37,693 nucleotides of DNA from a virus (taxonomy: Duplodnaviria; Caudoviricetes): the IMG/VR virus record IMGVR_UViG_3300049139_000136, positions 1-37,693 of that record; one strand, written 5' to 3'. Numbering within the stretch: the stretch's first letter is position 1; each line of letters starts with the position of its first letter. The notes beneath the pieces are model-generated. The model had not been told where the DNA came from. It worked only from the letters and a program-made list of their open reading frames with translations, and did no database searches. Position numbers and translations under genes: made by a program. Below are positions 8,458 through 15,743 of the stretch, one piece after another.

Positions 8458-8785
8458 CGGCCACCCCCCGCAGCTTGGCCCGCTCGGCGGCGTACACGCC
8501 GGCCACCATCCCAGGCAGGATGCCGAGCACCAGCGGCGCCAGCAGCGGCAACCGGTCCTCGCGCGACAGGCGCTCCAGGCGCGAGAGACAGTCGAGCAGG
8601 ACCGGCCCCACCAGGTTGGCCATGGTCGGCGCGAGCAGCTCGGCCAGCTCGTCCACGTCGATGTCCACATCTCGCGTGCGGTGCACCCGATCGAGAATCT
8701 CCGTCACCTCGGCCAGCTCGCGCCCGGTGTCGGCGGCCACCCGCGCGGCCAGGATCGGGAGGACCTCCCCCCACGGCGCGCTCAC
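8441..8785 (-). CDS. Hypothetical protein
   Basis: GTGA coupling with the upstream gene. Confidence 0.6.
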   Translation of the reverse strand: MSAPWGEVLPILAARVAADTGRELAEVTEILDRVHRTRDVDIDVDELAELLAPTMANLVGPVLLDCLSRLERLSREDRLPLLAPLVLGILPGMVAGVYAAERAKLRGVADGDAA

Positions 8786-9444
8786 GCGCCCACCCGCAGC
8801 TCGGCCATTGCCTCGTCGTCGTACCCCCAGACATGGCGGCGCGAGCCCGCGCACGCGCACCCCTCGGGCGGGCACGGGCACCCCGGGTTGATGCACATCA
8901 CCACCTCGCGCTCAGGCCACGCCCGCAGCGACCGCGCGCGGCAGATCGGGCAGCGGCCGAGCAGCCGCACCACCGGCTCAACATCGCCGATCGCGCGAGC
9001 GGCCCGCCGAGCCATCCGGCCGGCGTCTGCGGCTACGTGCTCGATCCACGGCCCGTGCGCCTCCAGGCGGCCGAGCAGACCGATCAGCCGGCCTACCCGC
9101 TCGACCGCCTCGACGCCCTGGAGCGGCGTGAGCCCCAGCCACCCGCACGCCTCGGCCTCCAGGACCTTGATGCCATGCAGGATGTAGCGCTCCGAATCGA
9201 GCACGGACAGCACCACCGGCGCGGGGCTCTCCCCCATCGGCTTGATACCGCGCGCAGCGTTCGCGTCCCGCTCGGCCCGCTCCGACCTGACCAGGGAATC
9301 CAGCGCGGCCAGCGCACGGGCGCCCAGGCCCGGCGTGCTGGAGCGTCTGGCGTTGCCGGGTATCAGGGCCTCGCGGAGATGCGGGAGATTCTCGCGGAGA
9401 TCAGATAGAGCCCTGTACGCCCTATCGGCGGCGGTCTGTGACAA
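8782..9444 (-). CDS. Zn-finger phage protein, possible late-transcription regulator
   Basis: GGAAGGGGG RBS before TTG 9444; GRCPICRARSL...CINPGCPC...CAC...H. Confidence 0.6.
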   Translation of the reverse strand: MSQTAADRAYRALSDLRENLPHLREALIPGNARRSSTPGLGARALAALDSLVRSERAERDANAARGIKPMGESPAPVVLSVLDSERYILHGIKVLEAEACGWLGLTPLQGVEAVERVGRLIGLLGRLEAHGPWIEHVAADAGRMARRAARAIGDVEPVVRLLGRCPICRARSLRAWPEREVVMCINPGCPCPPEGCACAGSRRHVWGYDDEAMAELRVGA

Positions 9445-9907
9445 CGTGTGTCCCCCTTCCGGGAACGGTCCAGGGTGTCGCCGTCGACACCCCAAAGCGC
9501 GTGCCGCTCAGATTGGCCGGCCCGATGCCCTTTACATCGTAAAGGCGCGTACCCGGAAGACCCGTTCTGAGCTGGACTTTCACCGATGTTGTTCTGCTAC
9601 CGATCTTACACCCGAATGGCACTATCAGAGTGGTACAAACCCGCTCTGACCTGCCCCTATCGGCCCCCGAGGGATAACGTGCGTACCCGCTCCGACTCCC
9701 GATCACCCGCAGAGGTTCTGACCCGTAGCGGATCTGTAACCCAACACCGCTCTTGACCGCGAGTAGGGCCCCGCCGAGTCAGAGACCCGCACGCGAGCCA
9801 ACGTTGGCCGGCGGTGAGGAACGAACCGCCGGGCGCCCGATCGGCCCACCACCCGCCGGCCCCCAGAACCACCGCAAACGCCCCATTGCCGCACTCGGCG
9901 GGGCCCC

Positions 9908-10212
9908 AGGGGTTTGGCTCGGGGTTTGTCAGGGGTTTGGCTGAGACCAAACCCCTCCCCGTTTCCGCTGGTCAGAGCGTCGCGGAGGGTCGCCAGGGGT
10001 TTAAGGGGTTTGGGTGCCAGCATCCGCACGGGTGCGCGTGTGTGCGCGCGTGTGTGCGTGCGCGCGTACGTGTAGGACTAGAGATTAAACCCCTTAAACC
10101 CCTGAATGATCTTGGATAGGCCTTTGACCTGCTGTTTTGCTTCCTTAGTTTGGCGAAAAGATCTTGAAATAAACCCCTGTTAAACCCCTGACCAAACCCC
10201 TAAACCCCTGAC
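9908..10212. repeat. Putative replication origin with AAACCCCT iterons
   Basis: 12 copies of AAACCCCT/AGGGGTTT (one with a mismatch), 18-bp inverted repeat, 43-bp purine-pyrimidine tract, AT-rich patch; directly downstream of the replication genes. Confidence 0.8.
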
Positions 10213-10291
10213 CGCACCCGCCGGCGGACCCCGGACGCACGGAAAGGCCCCCGTCCGCGCTGTGCGAACGAGGGCCTATGGGACGTTTGGT

Positions 10292-11914
10292 CTACGGCGT
10301 GACCTTCTCCACCTTCCACTGCCAGGTGTTCTCAACCTGAGTGTCGGAACGCCTCAGCTTGTACCCGGAGTAGATCCGGTCTCGGCGGGCGGCCAGGTAC
10401 CGGCCGAGCCCCTTCGCGGTGTAGAGGATCGTCTGCCCCCTCTCCTCCTTAGACAGGAAGTCGCCCCCCCACGGGTCGTGCGTGTGCCCGCCGAAGTGGT
10501 CGATCTGCGCCGACGCCACCAGCTCTTTCGTGGTAACCCACCGGTCGGGGAACTTCTCGGCCCACTTGACGATGAACGCGGCGGTGGTGGTCTCGCCGTC
10601 GTCGGCGCCTACGGTCAGCTCGGTGGCGTTGGCCAGGAATCCGTCGATGCCGAGGAACGCCACCAGCCCCCCCATGGTCTGGGCCCAGCGGGTGAAGTTC
10701 CGCATCGGGCGTTCGGCGAGCGGCGCCCCCTCGACGAGCCAGGCCCGCGCGAGCACCAGCAGCGACGACAGGATGCGCGCTCGGTTCTCGTCGCGGCCGA
10801 GCCACTGCCAGATGTCCTCTTGGATGTGGAACCCGGTGCGTTCCTCGGGCCTCTCCATCTGTGGGTCAAGGCGGGTGAGGACCGAGCGTGAGGCGATGTC
10901 TCCGCCTACGGTGATGTTGTTGCCGGTGGCGATCCATAGCCTGTCGTTGATGCACGTCACTCGGTCGGTGACGCCGAGCACGCGCTTGGACCAGTCCCGG
11001 GAGGTGAGCAGCGCCGAGAGGCTGCCGTGGGCAATGGTGTCGGTGACCTCGACGTTGTCCCACAGCACCACGGGCTCTGTCGTGTCCCTCAAGATGCCGG
11101 TCACGTCCTTCTCGAACTCTTCCTGACGCCTGGCCCACACGGTCTTGTGCATGCCGTAGGCGGCCTCGATGATCTCGGCGAGCAGCGACTTACCCGAGGA
11201 TCGGGTGGCCGCGCTGATCAGCCCGAGCGGCGCCAGGCCCCCGATGTAGAGCCTGAGCAGGGGCGTGAACAGCAACGCCACGTAGTTGGCGCGGCTCGCG
11301 GGGCTGTCCCACGGGAAGTCAGCGAGCAGCTCGCCGAACAGGAACCGCTTGGCCTGCTCGATCTGCTCGCCGCTGGGCTGCTCGGGCACTTTGGGCACGT
11401 CGTAGCTCGGCCAGTAGTACAGCTTGGTGGCCGGGTCGTAGCCCCTGGTGGTACCGATCGTCCCGTCAGGCCTGACGATAGGCATTGTCACGACGCCAGC
11501 GAGCTGGCGAACGCCCCGCCACTCGTGCGCGGCGAGTGCCGCGCGGGCGGTCGACACCGAGGGCAGGCCCGAGGACTCCACCACCTTGGGCGGCTCTCCC
11601 TCTTTCTTGCTCGGGATCACCTTCACCCGATAGCAGTAGGTGTGCTCGGCGAGCAGGCGCCGCAACCGGTCGGACTCGACCGGCGGCACGACCAGCTTGG
11701 GCCCGGTGCCGGGATCGACCTCGGCCACCTCGACCACCTGACCGCCTTTGAGGTAGAGACCCGGGATGCTGGTGCCGTCGTCGATGGCCCTTGCAATCGC
11801 CACCACGGCCTCATCCTCGTTCGTGATGTCGATCTGGCATGTCCGCATGGAGCCGGGAAGCCGCTCCCCGCCCGCGTCTGCCGCTCCCTGCACGATCTCG
11901 TCAGCACTGGTCAT
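10292..11914 (-). CDS. Primase-associated helicase-like P-loop ATPase (replication protein)
   Basis: Walker A AATRSSGKS, Walker B VLWDNV, ATGNN motif; coupled to Prim-Pol. Confidence 0.75.
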   Translation of the reverse strand: MTSADEIVQGAADAGGERLPGSMRTCQIDITNEDEAVVAIARAIDDGTSIPGLYLKGGQVVEVAEVDPGTGPKLVVPPVESDRLRRLLAEHTYCYRVKVIPSKKEGEPPKVVESSGLPSVSTARAALAAHEWRGVRQLAGVVTMPIVRPDGTIGTTRGYDPATKLYYWPSYDVPKVPEQPSGEQIEQAKRFLFGELLADFPWDSPASRANYVALLFTPLLRLYIGGLAPLGLISAATRSSGKSLLAEIIEAAYGMHKTVWARRQEEFEKDVTGILRDTTEPVVLWDNVEVTDTIAHGSLSALLTSRDWSKRVLGVTDRVTCINDRLWIATGNNITVGGDIASRSVLTRLDPQMERPEERTGFHIQEDIWQWLGRDENRARILSSLLVLARAWLVEGAPLAERPMRNFTRWAQTMGGLVAFLGIDGFLANATELTVGADDGETTTAAFIVKWAEKFPDRWVTTKELVASAQIDHFGGHTHDPWGGDFLSKEERGQTILYTAKGLGRYLAARRDRIYSGYKLRRSDTQVENTWQWKVEKVTP

Positions 11915-12831
11915 CGGGCACCGGCCCGGACCTGGCGCGGCTTGCGGAATCCCGCGGTCAGCCCGGATCGTATGGTCGCCTCAACCTGCCGTTCGCCGTC
12001 GTCGTTCATGAGGCCCACGGCCTCGGCCGCGGCCCGTAGCGCCTGCTCCACCGTCTCCTGGCCGATCAGCCCGGCGGCCACCATCTGACCGAGGGCGTAG
12101 GCCGAGCGGTTGAGCTGATCGTTGCGGCCCGGCTTGCCCTTCTCGCCCACGGGCGCGTCGAGAATGCGTTGCACCTCGCCCTGGAGCGCGGTGAGCGCGT
12201 AGCGGCTGGTGGTGACGGTGATGCGCTTCATGGGGCGTACGACCGTGGGCGGGTCGAGCAGCTCGACAATCCAGCCGGGCAGGTCCCTGATCGGTATGTC
12301 GCGCGCGATGGTGTACGGCGTGCCGTCAACCACGCTGCCGGGCGCGACGACGTAACCGCCGTTGCTGCCCTTGCCAGGCCCGCGGGTGTCGATCCCGGCG
12401 CCGAGCTTGCCCGAGCTGTTGCCCAAGGCGCGCTCCCGGGGCGCCCGGAAATACAGGTGCAGCCCTCCGCTGGGCGTGCGCACGGTGAGTGTCCCTGGCC
12501 ACTCCTGGCGCTGCTCGGCGCACAGGGCCCGGAATGCCTCGATGCCGTCCGCGTCGGCGTGGTGCCGGTCGAGATCGACCACCAGCAGCCCGTTGGCCTT
12601 ACACCCCACGCCGATGTTGTCGCCGTCTGTCCAGCACCGCGCGATTACCTCGGTATCGGCCACGCACCGGTTGGGCCAGTTGGGCAGGGTGGGAACCTTG
12701 GCGCCAGGGGGGAGCGGGAACACGGCGAGTCCCCGGGCAATCACGGGTAGTGGGTTGGGTGAGAATTCCCTACCCTGCCGCCGGGATTCGTCAGCTTCTT
12801 TACCAACTGGGCTAACATCGTGGTGGTTCAC
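11911..12831 (-). CDS. Bifunctional DNA primase/polymerase (Prim-Pol)
   Basis: VFPL..GAKVP, NIGV, LVVDLD, VRTPSGGLHLYF, GIDTRG, GGYVVAPGS, C-terminal GRNDQLN. Confidence 0.9.
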   Translation of the reverse strand: MNHHDVSPVGKEADESRRQGREFSPNPLPVIARGLAVFPLPPGAKVPTLPNWPNRCVADTEVIARCWTDGDNIGVGCKANGLLVVDLDRHHADADGIEAFRALCAEQRQEWPGTLTVRTPSGGLHLYFRAPRERALGNSSGKLGAGIDTRGPGKGSNGGYVVAPGSVVDGTPYTIARDIPIRDLPGWIVELLDPPTVVRPMKRITVTTSRYALTALQGEVQRILDAPVGEKGKPGRNDQLNRSAYALGQMVAAGLIGQETVEQALRAAAEAVGLMNDDGERQVEATIRSGLTAGFRKPRQVRAGAR

Positions 12832-12929
12832 GGCTGCTCCGTTCTTGGTCGTCCGGGGTGGCGGGTCTGAGCGAATCGGGGTCGGGCGGTGTAGGAGTCG
12901 CCCGGCCCTTCGCTCTGTCTACGGGTGGT

Positions 12930-13160
12930 TTAGAGCGCCGTGGGCGGTCGCTGAAACAGCATGTCGATGGTGCATCCGAAGATCTTGGCGATCCCGGGTA
13001 GGTGCTCGATTTGCGGTGATCGGCCGCCGTCCCAGTAGGACACGGTGTTCGTGCCGACTCCGAGGGCCTCGGCCACCTCGCGCTGTGTCCGGCCGGCGTG
13101 TAGGCGCCAGGCCTTGAAATGGATCACGTTTCGTGAGCTGGCCCGGGGTTTTCCGGCCAT
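12930..13160 (-). CDS. XRE-family HTH regulator (Cro-like position)
   Basis: TQREVAEALGVGTNTVSYWDGGRSP...IAKIFGCTIDMLF. Confidence 0.85.
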   Translation of the reverse strand: MAGKPRASSRNVIHFKAWRLHAGRTQREVAEALGVGTNTVSYWDGGRSPQIEHLPGIAKIFGCTIDMLFQRPPTAL

Positions 13161-13625
13161 GGTGTCCTCCCCTTAGCGTCCATCCGAATGGTTCCGCTTG
13201 GATGGTACCACCGTGTTGGGAAAGTTGACCATGGGCGCCGCGCCCGCGACATGGGAAAAGCCCTGCCCGGGGTTCATGGGCAGGGCTTACTTGTGGGGTG
13301 CGCGCAGAGATCGACAGCACGGATTGTGTCGTGCCGGTGGCGCGCTCAGGGCGGGCGCTTGCTACTCTCGTCAAAGGACCTCACCTATCTCACTTGCCGG
13401 TGCGTGGTGGAGTTCTCATTGGGGCCCGTGCCAGGTGGGGATCTGGCAGCGGGCCCCCAGCATTTCCCCGATGCGCCTGGCGTGGCGCCCGAGGTTGTCA
13501 AGGTCTCCCGCGCCGCGAGCGGCGGGGATATGGGATCGACAGTACCCCTCCCGCGCCCCGATCGGGGAGTGCAAACGCGGCGGTCGGTGGCGATGTCGTG
13601 ACCGCCAGTGATCATGCTAGGGCAC

Positions 13626-13669
13626 GAGAAAGCCCCGCCGGCGAATCCGTTCGCTGGCGGGGCTTTCTC
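13626..13669. terminator. Intrinsic terminator for the 13676-13957 gene
   Basis: 20-bp arms with one mismatch, 4-nt loop. Confidence 0.75.
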
Positions 13670-13675
13670 TGTGTT

Positions 13676-13957
13676 CTACGTCGTGGCGGGAGCGCTCTTA
13701 GCCGGCGGGTGGATTACCTGACTTACCCTGCTCTTGGTCATGCCGACCCGCTCGGCCACGGCGCTCAGCGCGCCGCGCACAGCTACGGGGCGCCCCTGAT
13801 AGACCAGCTCGATCAGGTCTTCTCGGCGCATCTCGACCAGCTTTTCACGTAGCGAGTCCATCGCCGCAAGCGTGCTGTTCACCTGGCGTACTCGCTCAAC
13901 CGGATCTGCGATATGGGCATGCTCGGCCGCGCTGGCGTCCGGATCAATGATCTTCAC
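13676..13957 (-). CDS. Small HTH regulator divergent from transfer operon (Kor-like role inferred)
   Basis: LSAVAERVGMTKSRVSQVI; GGAAGGGGG RBS. Confidence 0.75.
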   Translation of the reverse strand: MKIIDPDASAAEHAHIADPVERVRQVNSTLAAMDSLREKLVEMRREDLIELVYQGRPVAVRGALSAVAERVGMTKSRVSQVIHPPAKSAPATT

Positions 13958-14033
13958 GGGCCCCCCTTCCTGACTTAGACGATCTCCGGCGTGGCCTCAG
14001 CGTAGCACTCGGCCGCCACTTCGGTAATGGGGC

Positions 14034-14062
14034 TTGACAAGTTTGTTTAGGCCCCTTAACGT
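14034..14062 (+). promoter_or_regulatory. Housekeeping-sigma promoter for the transfer operon
   Basis: TTGACA-N17-TAACGT, overlapped by the imperfect inverted repeat GGGGCTTGACAA / TTGTTTAGGCCCC. Confidence 0.7.
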
Positions 14063-14117
14063 CGATCGCACAGGGCAGCGCATAGGCCCTGACCAGGAAG
14101 AACAAGCAGGGGGAACC

Positions 14118-14231
14118 ATGATGATCGACTTCTTCTCTTCGGGTGGCGACTACAGCCCGGTGGCGGTGCTCGCGCTGGGCGTTTTCGTGTCGGCGCTCGT
14201 GGCTCTGGCCGTTACGTACTGGCGCGGATAG
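14118..14231 (+). CDS. Small single-TM protein, 37 aa
   Basis: AGGGGG RBS; VAVLALGVFVSALVALAVTYW. Confidence 0.55.
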   Translation: MMIDFFSSGGDYSPVAVLALGVFVSALVALAVTYWRG

Positions 14232-14280
14232 CAGCCGTTCATCAACCCGTCCCCCCATCCCAGACCAGAAAGGACGCCCC

Positions 14281-14511
14281 ATGGACGTCATCAACATGAT
14301 CGCCGACATTATCCGCGCGGTCCTCAGCTGGGGGTTCGCCCCGATCATTCTCGCGGCGCTCGTGGTCGTCGGCCTCGGAGTGGTTTTCGTCCGGTCGACG
14401 GCCATCCCGGGGGTCTGGGGTGCCCGCCGGACCCGCCGGAAGATGCGGCGCGACGGTCGCCGTCAGCTCCGCTCGGCTCTCCGCTTCTCGCGCGAGAACC
14501 CCTCCCGATAG
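14281..14511 (+). CDS. Small membrane protein with basic tail (Spd-like)
   Basis: GAAAGGA RBS; hydrophobic N-half, Arg-rich C-half. Confidence 0.65.
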   Translation: MDVINMIADIIRAVLSWGFAPIILAALVVVGLGVVFVRSTAIPGVWGARRTRRKMRRDGRRQLRSALRFSRENPSR

Positions 14512-14517
14512 GCGCGA

Positions 14518-14546
14518 GCCCCCGACCTGTCGCATAGGTCGGGGGC
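14518..14546 (+). terminator. Hairpin inside the transfer operon
   Basis: GCCCCCGACCT / AGGTCGGGGGC. Confidence 0.5.
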
Positions 14547-14593
14547 CCGCTCATCAACCACTCGATCCCAGGCAAGGAAGAGAGGCGTCTCCA

Positions 14594-14743
14594 ATGTACG
14601 GCAAGAGCAAGGGCTCCACCGGTCGCTCGGGCGGCGGGAACGGCGGGTTTCTGCTGCCGCAGACCGGCGTCAAGTACCGCCCGATCAAGAACTGCCCGCA
14701 TGGCTGGCCGAGCAGCAACGGCCAGTGCTCGGGGCGGCACTGA
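14594..14743 (+). CDS. Small hypothetical protein, 49 aa
   Basis: AGAGG RBS; TGATG coupling to the next gene; CPH...C...H. Confidence 0.55.
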   Translation: MYGKSKGSTGRSGGGNGGFLLPQTGVKYRPIKNCPHGWPSSNGQCSGRH

Positions 14744-15012
14744 TGATCGGCGAGATCACGTTGTTCGGGGAGCCCTCCCCCGAGCAGGCGCCGACCGCTA
14801 TCGAGGGCGTGTCCTGGTCACGCGTGACCAGCTCGGCCAAGTGCGCCACGTGCGTGGCCGAGCTGGTCGCCACCAACGGCGCGGCGCCGGTCGCCAGGAC
14901 CGCGCGGTTCCGGCGCCGGACCGCCACCACAGACGCGCTGCTCTGCTACGAGCACGCCCAGCCCCAGCGGCACGCCGATGGCCTGCCCGAGTTCCGCGCT
15001 CCGCGCGGGTGA
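14743..15012 (+). CDS. Hypothetical Zn-binding protein
   Basis: CATC...LCYEH; coupled start. Confidence 0.6.
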   Translation: MIGEITLFGEPSPEQAPTAIEGVSWSRVTSSAKCATCVAELVATNGAAPVARTARFRRRTATTDALLCYEHAQPQRHADGLPEFRAPRG

Positions 15013-15017
15013 CGCGC

Positions 15018-15344
15018 ATGGAACGGAAGGTCTACGTGATCACTGACGCGCCCGTGCGCGAGCGCGTCAGGGTCACACTCGCGCACCTGCTCAGGCCCAC
15101 CGGCCTCATAGCCATGATCGCGGCACCGCTGTGGGCGGTTGCCTCGGTCCCGCTGGGCCTCCTGCTCGGCTGGCACCCGCTGATCCTTTTCGCCGCAGTC
15201 GTGGTCGGCTCGCCGGTCTTCATCCACCTGACTGACCTGCTCGCGGCCCGTCTCGGCCTGCCCCCTCTGGGCTGGGTGGCATCCCAGGCCCTCGGGCGGT
15301 CCGTGCCGGTCGATAACCAGAAGGAGAACGACATCCATGGCTGA
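15018..15344 (+). CDS. Membrane protein upstream of traA
   Basis: Two hydrophobic segments; overlaps the traA start. Confidence 0.65.
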   Translation: MERKVYVITDAPVRERVRVTLAHLLRPTGLIAMIAAPLWAVASVPLGLLLGWHPLILFAAVVVGSPVFIHLTDLLAARLGLPPLGWVASQALGRSVPVDNQKENDIHG

Positions 15345-15708
15345 CACCCCGAGCAAGGGAACCCGTATCCCCGAGCTGGCAGCGATCGAGCTCAAGTCGA
15401 CCACCGCGCTCAAGCGGTACACGGAGGAGTCTCGCCGCCTGGCGAAGGATTTCGCGGCCGAGTTGGAGATGGCCGCACTTGAGATCGAGGCAATCCTGAC
15501 CTCCACCGGCCAGGGAAACCCGCTCCTGCTCAACTGGGACAACAAGCTACGCGCTCGGCGCGTGGCGGTCCGGGCGGCCCGAGCGGCGGACCTCCAGCGA
15601 GGCGTCGGGGTCGAGATGACCCGCCTCTGGCACGACTTCCTGCTGGCGTACGCGCCGCTTCTCCAAAAGCACAAGACGCCGGCGAAGACGTTCGACTTCG
15701 AGAGCTGA
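15337..15708 (+). CDS. traA: Actinomycete plasmid transfer protein TraA-like
   Basis: AAGGAG RBS; RARRVA...AA...F..AY...FDF pattern; immediately upstream of traB. Confidence 0.65.
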   Translation: MADTPSKGTRIPELAAIELKSTTALKRYTEESRRLAKDFAAELEMAALEIEAILTSTGQGNPLLLNWDNKLRARRVAVRAARAADLQRGVGVEMTRLWHDFLLAYAPLLQKHKTPAKTFDFES

Positions 15709-15743
15709 AACTGAGCCATCCCATCCGCCCGGAGGAGAGTCGC

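Noticed and set aside
9908-10212. Telomere-like repeats or linear plasmid end
   Set aside because: Internal, dispersed, mixed orientation and next to replication genes; iterons are the simpler explanation
13188-13852. Plus-strand ORFs in the regulatory gap
   Set aside because: No RBS or recognisable motifs; one runs through a terminator and antisense to a real gene
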